From NCBI RefSeq assembly GCF_001194135.2, contig NC_069007.1:12183163-12247162 (forward strand): DNA of 64,000 nucleotides, read 5' to 3'. Positions 38,291 to 52,011 of this stretch are shown piece after piece. The translations under genes and the position numbers were made by a program. The notes beneath the pieces are model-generated. The model searched no databases, was not told where the DNA came from, and saw nothing but the letters and a program-made list of their open reading frames with translations. Position 1 is the stretch's first letter; each line of letters opens with the position of its first letter. The stretch is from Octopus bimaculoides. Its lineage: Eukaryota.

Positions 38291-38984
38291 GGACATAAAA
38301 AAAACATAAAATTTAACCCAACACCCCAAAAGGATGACCTCAGCAGAATTTGAACTCAGATCATAAAGACGAACGACACATGTATAAGAATGAAAGAATA
38401 TATATATATATAATGCTAAAATATATTTTGCCAGCATTTCTTGAGGTTAAACAATATTTATCAGTCGATTTCCCGCCTCCTCAATAAATACTCAGTCATA
38501 TAAAGACACAAGATAAGTTAATCACCAATATTTGATACTCAATATAGTTTATCGCAATCAACTTTGCCAGTTTTCCTTTCTTTTTCCTTTCTTTTTCCTT
38601 TTCTTCCTCTTTCACTGCAAGTTATTTGGATAATGTGTCTAAATCGCTTTTCTTGTTTTTTTCTGTTCTGTTAATAACCAATTAAACATTTTGAAGGCAA
38701 AAAATGGAAACAAACAAAACTTATCTTTGAAGGCAGAAAAAAAAACAAAAAAAAAAATCAGAAATTTCATTTTCTTTTTTTTCTTTTGACTGCAAGAAAT
38801 TTTGATAATAATAATTTTATTTTAGATTTTGTCTTTTTGTGTTTTGCTGTTGTTGTTGTTGATGTGGTTGTTTAGCCCTGGGCCATTCCTCATCAAACAG
38901 ATCCATGACCTATGATCAGGTGCCATCCAGTCACAACCATCCAATCTTGTTTTTCTATGTGTAGCAAACTTAGAGAGCACCACA

Positions 38985-39180
38985 TGATCCAGTAGGACCC
39001 TTTTGTAAGATGGAATGGGGATAGAGGTGATTTGGGGATCAGTGGTTACATGAAAACCAGGACTGATGGGACTAATTGTCTTGTAGTGCAATGTTAAGGC
39101 ATTGGAGCAAGGTTTGCCCTTCTCTCTCACTCTATGACTCTGTTCAACTGTCCAACCCATGCCAGCATAGAAAGCACTAT
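38985..39180 (+). mobile_element. Degenerate RTE 3' end / family D tail
   Basis: Ends in TGTCCAACCCATGCCAGCATAGAAAGC, like family D. Confidence 0.55.
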
Positions 39181-39299
39181 AAAACACACACACACACATA
39201 CATAATGGTTGCAATCTCGTGTTCGAGTGTTGCCATCGTCAGATCGAAAGTCCTACTCATGCGAAGGCTACGGCCAGCCTTACTTTTCTCTTTTTTTTC

Positions 39300-39500
39300 A
39301 AGCAATGCCTGTACATGATAATTTTTTATAATGGGAAAGGATTTGCACAAGTATAAGAACCCACAATATGGTAGAAGCCATAGCCACTCGTAATAAAAAG
39401 GAATATTGATGGAATGTACCAGTGAAGATCTCAATAAAATGTATGCACAACAGACCTGATATAATGATTTGGGATAGAGAAGAGAAACTGTGCGTTCTCC
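39300..39500 (+). mobile_element. RLE-endonuclease (R4/NeSL/R2-type) non-LTR fragment
   Basis: KKEY*WNVPVKISIKCMHNRPDIMIWDREEKLC contains the HNRPD motif of restriction-like endonucleases. Confidence 0.75.
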
Positions 39501-39741
39501 TCCTCTCCACAATCATCATCCGACGAAGCGACAATCCTACGCGCCCTTGCTCTTCCAGTCAGCTCCCAAGTTCTGGTCAGCTCCCCAGCTGCTGATGTCA
39601 TCTCACAACACCATCACCAGTGCTTTTTACATGGCACCGGTATGTATTAAGTGGCACTGGCTCCAGTGCTTTTTATGTGGCACCGGCGCTGAGGCAAAGA
39701 CTATAAATGGTACAGTAGAAAAGTTGTCAACACAAGATCAT

Positions 39742-39777
<36 letters not shown>

Positions 39778-40062
39778 GGATGGTGGTGGGGTGAGAATTA
39801 AGTAAATAATCTATCAGAGAGATATGATTATCAGATAAATCAATCTAAGATAATTGATTATGCTTCAGAAGACAGCAAGTCCAGGAGCTTAACCTTCGCT
39901 GGAATATATCTTTAATGAGTGCATTTTTGCAGACATACACATATATGTAAGTATATACACACTCATTCATTGTATATATGTATAGGTATATTTGCATATC
40001 TACAAATGTATACATATATACATATACACCGTGTATGTATCATATTTAATGTATGTATTTAG

Positions 40063-40107
<45 letters not shown>

Positions 40108-40117
40108 NNNNNNNNNN

Positions 40118-40157
<40 letters not shown>

Positions 40158-40361
40158 ATAGCCATCTGTGTATCATACTAAATGTGCATATATACATGTG
40201 TGTGTGTGTGTATGAAAATATATACTTACACACACACACACACATGTGTTTATATTTAGTTTCTTATCAGATAAAGACTACCCTCAATGAATAACTGCCT
40301 TGATTACAAAAATGATATTCTTTGTGATGTTTGTGTGTTTTGCCTAATTACAGTGTGTGTG

Positions 40362-40398
<37 letters not shown>

Positions 40399-41219
40399 TA
40401 TATAATATATATATATTATATATATATAACATATAATATATACACACGCACACATATATATAATAGGCACTTGATCATCATTTGCTACAATCTATGTGTG
40501 TGTGCATTTGTGAGTGTATGTTATATATATATGCATGTGTATATATTATATGTATGNNNNNNNNNNNNNNNNNNNNNNNNNNNNNNNNNNNNNNNNNNNN
40601 NNNNNNNNNNNNNNNNNNNNNNNNNNNNNNNNNNNNNNNNNNNNNNNNNNNNNNNNNNNNNNNNNNNNNNNNNNNNNNNNNNNNNNNNNNNNNNNNNNNN
40701 NNNNNNNNNNNNNNNNNNNNNNNNNNNNNNNNNNNNNNNNNNNNNNNNNNNNNNNNNNNNNNNNNNNNNNNNNNNNNNNNNNNNNNNNNNNNNNNNNNNN
40801 NNNNNNNNNNNNNNNNNNNNNNNNNNNNNNNNNNNNNNNNNNNNNNNNNNNNNNNNNNNNNNNNNNNNNATATATATATACACATACATATATATATCTT
40901 TATATATATTATGTGTGTGTGTATGTATATGAAGAGAGAGAGAAAAATGTTTGTATATACTCAATTAAGTCTTAGACTAATCATAAATAATGGTAACAAT
41001 GTTATTGTTGTCGTCCATCTAACTACAAATCAGCCTTAGTGAAGCTAACCTTTGACCAAAGGTCTTCCTGCTCTGACCATCCAATCTTCTTTTTTCTAAA
41101 CATAGTATATCTATGACTGTGTTAATCTACCTTTCTTTTTTAAGTTAGTGGTGAATAGTTGGAAGGAGACTTTGCTGTTGTTTCTAGCAAGCCTAGTGAC
41201 TGCATTGAGACTTTAAAAT

Positions 41220-41455
41220 TAGTGGTCCTCAACCAGGGTCCATAAAATATTTTGTTGTATATGGTCAATAAATTGGTTATGCTTTTATGATACACAGAAT
41301 ATTTTAACAAATTTTTAATACTATTTCTAATAATATTTAGCTATAAAGAAAATTAACAGGATTTTTAAAACATCAAATGGCTATGGGGATCCATTCAACT
41401 AAAATTAAGATCAAAAGGGGTCTATAGTTAAAAAAAAACCGGTTGAAAATCACTG
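41220..41455. mobile_element. hAT (Charlie-type) MITE
   Basis: TIRs TAGTGGTCCTCAACC / GGTTGAAAATCACTG; near 8-bp TSD CTTTAAAA(T)/CTTTAAAT. Confidence 0.75.
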
Positions 41456-41649
41456 CTTTAAATGGTACAGATCAATGCTAGGAATTCTGTTCCAGATATG
41501 GTTTCGACTCCTAATCTCTTCTGGCATTCACAGATAGGTGAGTTTGACAGGGGTGCTGGAAAGACATTGACAGGTAAGGAGGGAACACTGAAGGAAAGTT
41601 TTACCAATGCCTTAGTTAGGTGGATGGTGATGCTGTGCTTGTGATCTTT

Positions 41650-42750
41650 GTGGACCTTCTAGAACTACCCTGTAACTGGATAACTTTCTGGTGACTTCTC
41701 TCTCCTTTCAATGTCATGCCTGTACCTTGTTTCAGCTGAGCAAGTGATGGGGAATCTCCTCGTGTTATTTTTGATGGCATAATGGAAGGGTAGCAGTCAT
41801 CCTTCATTTTAGGATCCCTGTAACATATTATAGAAAGGGTTGCATCTTTGACTCATTGTAAGAGCTCTATGACTGATGGGAGAAAGGGCAGCTCCCTTAA
41901 TTTTTCATAGCTTTCTTGACAGGTGGCAAGATCTTCACCACTAAGATGCTTTACAGGGTCCCTGTGACTGGTTGAAGAAAGGGAACTTTTTAGGTCCTCT
42001 GTGACTCGTTGGAGAAAGGGCACTTTTTTGGCCCTCTGTGACTGGAGGAAGTAGGGCAATGCTCATGTCTACTTTCAGAGTGTCTGTAACTGGTGAAAAG
42101 AGGTAAAGACTCACTGTATTTTCTTTTGTGTAAGTTGTCCTATTTTATTCTGGGTTTTAACTGAAAAACTGAAGTGTGACACACATGGGACAATGGTAAA
42201 ACTTGGAAGAGAAAAAGTTTCATACCTGGATTTGACACTAAATTAGGAGTGTGACATGTACATGAGTAAGTATGAGAGTTTCAGTTTGCGGATTGGTAAA
42301 ATCATAAAAGCATCAAACAAGACCCCTTGTTGTGTAAACTCTGACAACTTGCATTCACCATTCAAATTCTTGTTCTTGCTGCTGGCTTCCTCATGGTAGA
42401 AGCTTGAAATGGGGCTTTTGAGCTCCAGTTCATGGTGATTGGCCATCAGTATCAGCCAGGGACGCAGTGACTTGTGCAACTTCAGTGCAAATGTAGGCTC
42501 TGCAGTAGACACAGGGTAAACTCTGACAGGAAAAGACTTTATCAGAAGAAGGGTAGTATCTATTGGCCCCCTTTTCAAGGGCTCTATGATTAGTAGAATA
42601 AGGTTATTGTTGGACTGGAACCCTGGCCCCATATGCTTAGAATAGGGAGTAGACTATCTAAAGGTACCTGAGAGCCAGTAGGTTGTGTTAAATGAAGTGA
42701 GGGGTTTGCCATCCAAGTTCACAGATGCAGATATAAAGGGTCTCCTGATT
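41650..42750 (-). pseudogene. Decayed coding-like block with a degenerate 36-bp (12-aa, LSxTS[HY]RxPxK) repeat
   Basis: About 8 copies of CCCTTTCTCCAACCAGTCACAGAGGGCC-like units with third-position variation; stops and frameshifts present. Confidence 0.35.
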
Positions 42751-43474
42751 AAAACAATATGTTGTTGTTGTTAATGTTGCAATTGTTATTGTTGTTGCTG
42801 TTTTAGTACTAGTTGTTGATGCCTGTATTTTTGTTGTTGTTATTTAAACACAGGTCAGTGCTGACTGACCACAGACATGAACCACTCTTATCAATATCAC
42901 CATTTTCCAAGTATTTTGTTTCACAAATATTAACAGTTTTATTTAACCTTGCTTGTTGATTTCAGATGTTAAACCCTCCCTGAGGGAATTTTTGAATCCT
43001 AACTGCATGGATAGACTCATTTAATCAAAGTTCTTTAACTCAGTATATTACAAATGCAAGAAAACTCCTATCTACCATTATCAGAGACATGGTTTTTCTA
43101 GGGCCAGAATATCTAATGTGTTTCTACCCTTATTCTCAACAATAGGGTGTGATTTAAGGAAGATTTGGATGCTATTTCTTGCAAGTTTGGTAACCATGTG
43201 GAAGCTTCCGCATTGGTTGAACCATTGTAGCTATTAACCAATCGTATTTTGTTATTATATGGAGTAGGCGGGTGAGGCAAGAGTAGGGAGGTGACTAATG
43301 CAAGATAGAATTTAGGCAGAGTCAAATAAGGACAGAGAACTGAGACCCACCACTCAGTATGTTACTGGTATTTTATTTGCTGGTCCTCAGAGAGCAAAAT
43401 AAATTTGTAAAGGTATTTATTCAATGTTCTGCCGCTTCTGTCACCTTATAAACTTTGTTTCTCTCTCTCTCTCC

Positions 43475-43520
<46 letters not shown>

Positions 43521-43567
43521 ATATAGGTGTATATGCAATAGATGCAATATTATGAAAATGCATTCAG

Positions 43568-43659
43568 AATGGTCAGTGTCGCGTGTCGCAATGCGGTTGA
43601 ACACACCAATATTCTGCTGAAGCAGTTTAACGAGGTCTTCGAGTGGCATGAAGGATCAG
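43568..43659 (+). CDS. Candidate coding exon (MVSVACRNAVEHTNILLKQFNEVFEWHEGS)
   Basis: CAG acceptor, CAG|GTGACC donor, single open frame, locally GC/CpG-rich. Phase 2->1 fits both neighbouring exons. Confidence 0.55.
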
Positions 43660-43792
43660 GTGACCTTTGAGAAGAGTTTTACGTATCACTTCAACGAAAA
43701 AAGCTCTCAATAACCATATAGACACACACACACATACATGTATATGCACACTTGTGCACACCCACCCACATACATATGTATATGTGTATATG

Positions 43793-43835
<43 letters not shown>

Positions 43836-43929
43836 GTGTGTATATATGTATGTATATGTGTGTGTATGTATGCATATATACGTGTGTGTGTGTGCATGGT
43901 TGCTTCATTGTTTATTCGTTCACTCACTT

Positions 43930-44030
43930 TATTCTTGTATTTCCATGCTAGTATGGATAAGACAGCCTTGCATTATTCAAGCATTATTTTACAGCTGGAT
44001 GCCTCTCCTGTCACTAACCCCTACCAATTT
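43930..44030 (-). mobile_element. Family D, degenerate
   Basis: TTTCCATGCTAGTATGG...TTTACAGCTGGATGCCTCTCC. Confidence 0.6.
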
Positions 44031-44919
44031 TCCAATCAAGAGATCTCATATTTCATTCATTTTTTATGGTTAACAGAGCAAATGATAGCAACATCACCAC
44101 CTGTGACTCAGCAATTATCAGAGAGTATAAACGTGGATCATCTTACCAACATTATAGGCCTCTTGGCAAATCAATACAGTGGGCCCTAGGGGATTTATTT
44201 GTTGACAGTAAACCACAGCATGGATTAGAATTGGGCCCCTAGATCTGTGGAGCCTCTGGGCAACTGTACTTTAAGATAACACTGGTGTAAAAACATACAC
44301 ACACAAATACATACATACATATATATAATAGTGTATAAGAGTTTATACATGGAGAGAAGACCACCATGTGGTTTCCTTAGATTGTAGAGAGGGCAGTCAA
44401 AACACAAACCACGAAAGAGATATTCTTACTTTGCACATTGCTTGTAGGAGACTTGAATGAATAAAAATCTCAGTTAACCCTATACCCATGAGTTTCACCA
44501 TTAAATATCAAATAAATCAATTGATTAATTAACCATCTGTGGCTCGTCAGTAAGGTCACTGGAAAATGCATTATTATGAAACTATAATACATACCATAAA
44601 CACGTGCGCACTCAAGTTGCATCTTTATACATCAAGAATTCAAATCGAATTCCCCCAATCAGTGTGCAGAGTCAGAATAGTACAGCAGTGAATAAATTCA
44701 CCATATATTATCCAACCGAAGAATTTAAATATTTAACTATATAAGAATTTTTTACCCTGTATTTATATAGTTATTTATATGTATATATATATATTAATAA
44801 GGGTAGAAATTGATATTAATCAATTAAAACTAAAGATTAAAATTATATTACATACAAAAATAAGAGGAATGACCAGCAAAAGTGGACTCCTATATATATT
44901 ATACTTGTTGTTTATACAC

Positions 44920-44973
<54 letters not shown>

Positions 44974-45035
44974 NNNNNNNNNNNNNNNNNNNNNNNNNNN
45001 NNNNNNNNNNNNNNNNNNNNNNNNNNNNNNNNNNN

Positions 45036-45088
<53 letters not shown>

Positions 45089-45194
45089 CAGATATGAGAT
45101 ATCAAGTTGATCCCTCTTATAGCAACTCTCTACCCTGTGAAATCGATCCCCTGTAAAAACTTTGGAGTCTAAGCTTGAGTCTTTTTGAGTACTA

Positions 45195-45392
45195 GTAGGG
45201 TTCTTCTATACGGAGAATCTCTGTAGACCAAGTTGTGTTGGCCCCTTTGCTTTTCCCTTGGATAGCATCAGTGGCATGGAGAAGGGAGGCTGTTATGCAT
45301 GGATGACTGCTGGTCTTCCATAAACAACCTTGCCCAGACTTGTACCTCAGAGGGCAACTTTCTAGGTGCAATCCCATGGTCATTCGGAGTTT
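45195..45392 (-). mobile_element. Dispersed retroposon fragment (probably RTE 5'-region related)
   Basis: GAATGACCATGGGATTGCACCTAGAAAG..GGGCAAGGTTGTTTATGGAAGACCAGCAGTC recalled as a common octopus repeat; single copy in this window. Confidence 0.45.
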
Positions 45393-47149
45393 TAGCAAGT
45401 CATGTGACTGGAGAAGGATTTATCTCATTGGCTCAAGTATCAACTAGTCATGTGACAGGAAAAATTCTATGGTAGACTTTTGTTGTATCAAGATGGTGTC
45501 ATTTACATAAAAGTTTTTGTAAGTTGGGCTATATTAACAGATAACATGACAGATGTAGTGCAGCTTTCCCATTGGCTATCTGCTACAATAAGTTCCTTCT
45601 CCCTAAGTGTCCCCTCCCCTCACATATATACCTCCCTGAAAAAATGGCAGCTAACAGATTTAACAGAAGAGAAATGAAAAATACCAGAAGTGTCCTTCCT
45701 TGTCTGTTTAACTCTCTTTTGGAAGGAATTGGTTGTTGCCAGACCCAGGGTGGGATAGGTTCTGCCAGGTGTAAAACTATCCAAGACACTCTATAAGTCT
45801 CTCTACCCCCCCCCCCACACACACACCCATGATTCCATTAAGAAGTTGGGAACCCAATACAAGGTGATATATCTGTTTATAACTTTCCCTAACATCAGCA
45901 CAGAATGTAGACATTTACAAAGAAATTGGGGCCCTTCAAATGACAGCCACCAAATCACTGTAACTCCCTTGTCATTGTTGCTATCAGAAATATATTGAAT
46001 CTGAAATGAGCCACTTTGAAAACCTCTGAATTACGACATCATCAATATGGAATAAAACAGTTTTCTATTAGCAATAAAACCCCTCCCCACTATTCAGATA
46101 ACCTGTCATTGGTTACATTACTAGCTTTCTATAAATGTACTAATTAAATGTTATTAATTATAATATCATGACGAAGTGAGATGAAAGTAGATAGTGACGT
46201 GGGTGGAGATATGGCTGGTTGTGATTATCGTTGTGGTTTGGGCTGGGCCAACATTGATATTGCTGTCCAATGATCAAAGGCATTCCAAGTATGACCATCC
46301 AACCTTTTTCCAGCTACAATACACCCAGGAATGAATATATTGTACCATGTGTCTTTCTCACCAAGATGCTTGTGTTGAATTTGAGGGAGATTTGGCTACT
46401 GTTTCTAGTACAGTTCAGTGATCATATAAAAACCCACTCATTTGTTCCAATGATGAGTGGGTAAGTGGGTACATTAGTTGGTAGACCCTGTGTGTGTGTG
46501 TGTGTGTGTGTGTGTGAGTTAGACAGATACTCCAGTTGAAAGATAACCACTTGCATGGATAAATATATACTTCTGATGGGTAGCTGGGTACTTGGTGGAT
46601 GGCTGGAATGTTTGACTGAGGATTGATAGACAGGTAGATAGGTATGTGCAGGGGTAGGCAGGTGCATAAATGGATTAAATAGATGACTAGCAGACATAGA
46701 GATGATATATATAAAAGAGATTAATAAAGGATATATACATATCTCAGCACACACACATATATATATATACATACACACATGTACCCACATATATATGAAC
46801 ATAAATATACATACATACATATATGTGCACACATATAGAGAGAAAAAACAGGTGGATAGTTGTACTAAGCGCCTGGCCAAGCATTAGTGTGAGACCTGGG
46901 TAACTTGATAGGTAGGTAGACCAGCTGACAAATCAATAAATAGATTACTTTAGTTGATTGATTGGCAGATAATAGATCCTAGTGACTGATTGATTTCTGC
47001 ACACACACACATGTACACACTCACCTGCATATATTCATACATGCACACATCTGAAAAATATGTGAGCATGTATGCGAGTGAGTATACAGCTATGCTGACA
47101 AACAGGTGTGTATACTTATATACAGAAGTATGCTTGTGTGTATCTAAAG

Positions 47150-47225
<76 letters not shown>

Positions 47226-47619
47226 TGTACTGTGGTTTGTGCCTGATGATTATATGTTTGTGGTATTTCTCAACATATGAAACTATTAGTTACACATACA
47301 AACATGTATTGTGTCTATTAAATTATATATATATATATATATATACACACAATACATCTATACACCACCATATTATATATAGATGAAACAAAACCTACAC
47401 ACAAACACACACACTCTCACACACACACATACATACAAGCATACATATATATATGTGTGTGTATGTATGTGCGTGTGTGTATATATACATATACACACAC
47501 ACACATACATACACATGCATTTACATAGATACAGATGTATAGATATACATACAAAGAGTGAGATGGAGCAAGCAGATAGGCTCATAGACTGATAGTAATA
47601 CAGATATATATGTCTATAC

Positions 47620-47694
<75 letters not shown>

Positions 47695-48266
47695 NNNNNN
47701 NNNNNNNNNNNNNNNNNNNNNNNNNNNNNNNNNNNNNNNNNNNNNNNNNNNNNNNNNNNNNNNNNNNNNNNNNNNNNNNNNNNNNNNNNNNNNNNNNNNN
47801 NNNNNNNNNNNNNNNNNNNNNNNNNNNNNNNNNNNNNNNNNNNNNNNNNNNNNNNNNNNNNNNNNNNNNNNNNNNNNNNNNNNNNNNNNNNNNNNNNNNN
47901 NNNNNNNNNNNNNNNNNNNNNNNNNNNNNNNNNNNNNNNNNNNNNNNNNNNNNNNNNNNNNNNNNNNNNNNNNNNNNNNNNNNNNNNNNNNNNNNNNNNN
48001 NNNNNNNNNNNNNNNNNNNNNNNNNNNNNNNNNNNNNNNNNNNNNNNNNNNNNNNNNNNNNNNNNNNNNNNNNNNNNNNNNNNNNNNNNNNNNNNNNNNN
48101 NNNNNNNNNNNNNNNNNNNNNNNNNNNNNNNNNNNNNNNNNNNNNNNNNNNNNNNNNNNNNNNNNNNNNNNNNNNNNNNNNNNNNNNNNNNNNNNNNNNN
48201 NNNNAGATAATTATGATGGTGGCGGTGGTGGTGGTGGTGGTGGTGAATTTGGTTGTATTACTGTTG

Positions 48267-48300
<34 letters not shown>

Positions 48301-49104
48301 CATTATTATTATTATTATTATTATCATTATTATTATTATTAGCATTAGTACTATTAGTGGTGGTGATTATAAGTAGTAGTAGTAGTAGTCGCTGTGGTGG
48401 TAGCAAAACTGGTAGTGGTGGTGGAAGGAATAGTAGTATTGGTACTGGTACTAACTGTGGTTGCAGAGATGACAGTAGTTGTGGTGGGGGTGTAATTATG
48501 TAAGACTAACAACATTACAATGGTTGCAGGAGAGTGAAAGTGAAAGTGAGTGGGAGGAGGAGGAGGAAGATGGTGGGTGGGGGAGGTGATGCTCTGCTCT
48601 GAGCTTTGATAAGATGGCAGCATCACTGCTATCATCAGCAGCAGCAGCAAAATCATCGATCACAATCATTTTAATCATCATCATCATTATCATCGTCATT
48701 ACCCCCCAATCACCACCACCACCATCATCATCATCATTATTATTTTATTATCCTTAAGTCTGTTACTGTCACCCACTTTCTACTTATCAATTTCACTTTC
48801 TGTAATTCTGTGTACGTGTGTGTGTGTGCATGCAAATGTGTGCATGCCTGTATGCAAACATATATATATATGTATGTATGCATATATATATTGTGTGTCT
48901 GTGTATGTGTATAAATATGCATATAAATATATATGTATATGGACATGTGTGTATATATATGTGTATGTATACATATATCTTTACATATATATATTTGTGT
49001 GTGCAACATGTACATGTATCTGCTAATGAATGTATGTGTGTATTTATATATCTATCACACATATATACATACAAAAACATACACACACACACACAAATAT
49101 ATAT

Positions 49105-49507
49105 CTCTTTTACGCTTTTACTTGTTTCAGTCATTTGACTGCAGCCATGCTGGAGCACCGCCTTTTAGTCGAGCAAATCGACCCCAGGACTTATTCTTTG
49201 TAAGCCTAGTACTTATTCTATTGGTCTCGTTTGCCGAACCGCTAGTTTACAGGGACATAAACACACCAGCATCAGTTGTCAAGTGATGGTGGGGGGATGG
49301 CAAATACAGACACACAAACACACACACACACACACATTATACATATATACGACGGGCTTCTTTCAGTTTCTGTCCACGAAATCCACTCTGAAGGCTTTGG
49401 TCGGCCCGAGGCTGTAGTAGAAGAAACTTGCCCAAGGTGCCACGCAGTGGGACTGAACCCGGAGCCATGTGGTTGGTAAGCAAGCTACTTACCACACAGC
49501 CACTCCT
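49105..49507 (-). mobile_element. SINE family A, full length
   Basis: Near-identical to the 568 and 16591 copies. Confidence 0.92.
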
Positions 49508-49557
49508 ACTTGTATATATATTTATATACATAAAACTTATCCAATATATTTTTGCAG

Positions 49558-49643
49558 ATCAAGACAAAGCTCAGTTACAGGAATGTGACCCAGGGGGGAA
49601 AGCACACAGTCAAATATACAAAGAAACTCTTAAACCATTCAAA
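49558..49643 (+). CDS. Candidate coding exon (D-QDKAQLQECDPGGKAHSQIYKETLKPFK)
   Basis: Acceptor ATATTTTTGCAG, donor AAA|GTAATG. Phase 1->0 continues the 43568-43659 frame. Confidence 0.5.
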
Positions 49644-50283
49644 GTAATGATAGGGCTAAGGGTTTGACTTGTCTTTTTACTGAATTTTTTTTCATCTCTA
49701 GGTTTCGTTCTGGTTATTTTTCCAACATCTCTGGGATTTGTAAATCAGTTATGATGTTTTCAGATCTCCAATAGAACAGAACCCAAGCTATACTGCTTCA
49801 TTCAGTCATATCTGACAACTGTTAAATTGCCTTTTCACATTTGGAAAATTCTTTAACATGAAACCATCCGGTAACATGAATTGGCTGTTATAAGACTAAA
49901 TTTATAATACTGTATAAACAACACGCAAACACGCAGATAAATATGATGCGTGTACGTGTGTGTGCGTGTGTATGCATGTATATATATATATATATATATA
50001 TGCGTGTGCATGTGTGTATATGTTGGGCTTCCATACATTTTCCATCTATTAAATCCATCTCACTACTAGACATTGTTATATTCTACATTACAACTCTCTG
50101 AAATTCAATATTCTATGATATATTAAGTCTCCTATGTCCTATTACATTTTCATTCTCACAAAGCTATTTCACTGATAGTTGAACACAAACTATATTCTCG
50201 CTACATTTAGGAAATATTTATCAACATCATCATCATCATCACCATCATCTTCATAACTACCTCTACTAATGCTACTACTGCTG

Positions 50284-50327
<44 letters not shown>

Positions 50328-50375
50328 GTGATTATTATTATTATTATTATTATTATTGTGATTATTATTATTATG

Positions 50376-50426
<51 letters not shown>

Positions 50427-51006
50427 GTTATTATTATTATTATTGTGGTGGAGCAGAGTATTGAAGCAACTGTGTTGTTCATTTGAAATGCTGAACAAAG
50501 GTGGAGAGAAAGATAGCAAGAGGAAAGGAGTACAACAACATTAGAGAGTCCATTAATTAATTATATTACATTCAAGCAGTGTATTTTTCTATTATAAAGG
50601 CTCCTCTCTGAGTTTTAAATGCGAAAATTAGATAATGGAGTTATTTGATGTGAAGTTTTACTCTCAAACAGACATTATCTAAAATACACGACATTTCTAC
50701 AGTTCTTTATGATAGGTTTGGGTTCCTGTTTATGGAATCTACAATGACTATCTGTGATGTGAGGATTTCCTTCATCTCCTCCCTTAAGGCCCTCAAATGA
50801 AGGGCACAAATCTGTGTAGAGATTTAGATTTGTGTGTAAGGCCGGGAGCCATGGGGCTATGTTTTGGAAAACATATATTACTTAATGTTTATATGTATAT
50901 GTGTGTTTGAGTGCATATATATATGTGCACGTGTGTGTGTATATATATATATACACACACACACACACATCTATGTAATCAATATCTATCTATACACACC
51001 CATATA

Positions 51007-51056
<50 letters not shown>

Positions 51057-51155
51057 NNNNNNNNNNNNNNNNNNNNNNNNNNNNNNNNNNNNNNNNNNNN
51101 NNNNNNNNNNNNNNNNNNNNNNNATATATATATATATATATACATATATATACAC

Positions 51156-51196
<41 letters not shown>

Positions 51197-51367
51197 TTAT
51201 ACATATATATATATATGCATTTATATATGCATATATATATGTGTATATATATATATGCGTGTGTATATGTATGTATGTGTATGTGTGCATACATGCAAGC
51301 ACACACACATATATTTCTATGTATATGTATATATATACATACATCTATGTGTATGTATATATGTATT

Positions 51368-51425
<58 letters not shown>

Positions 51426-52011
51426 TATATACACATAAATACACACACACATATGTATCTATATATTTATGTGTGCATGTATGTATGTATATATATATAT
51501 ATATACATACATACATACATACATACATACATGCATACATAGTGAGAGAGAGAAATGGATTGGACAGAGATGAAAATGGAGATCTAAATGTTCCATGTCC
51601 AATGAAGCAGTGAAATAATCATAATAATAATAATAACAATAATGATGATGATGATGATGATGATATTTGACAGCACTCATTGCCACTGATAATGGCTGAA
51701 TTGTTGAAATGAAATTTGGTTCATTTTCATGGTCACGTGATTGCTGAGCAATTATTCCAGCTATTTATTAATCATTAGGCAAGTCTATCTTTCAGCACAC
51801 AAGCAGGGACTTCTGTATGTGTTGGCACTTTAAGATAAAGGGTATAATTTCTTGTTTGGGGGCTGGAGTTGTAATGGAATACAATAGGATTAATTGCACA
51901 AAACGTTCTGGTTCAAATGTCTAATGGTGTTTTGTCTATTAAGGACAAACTTGGGTTTTGTCTTGTACTCGTTCCAGTCATTAGATCTGGCCATGCTAAA
52001 GCACTGTCTTG

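Noticed and set aside
42185-42230. Asp-box motif TWDNGKTW on the + strand
   Set aside because: Flanked by in-frame TGA on both sides with no acceptor that avoids the stop.
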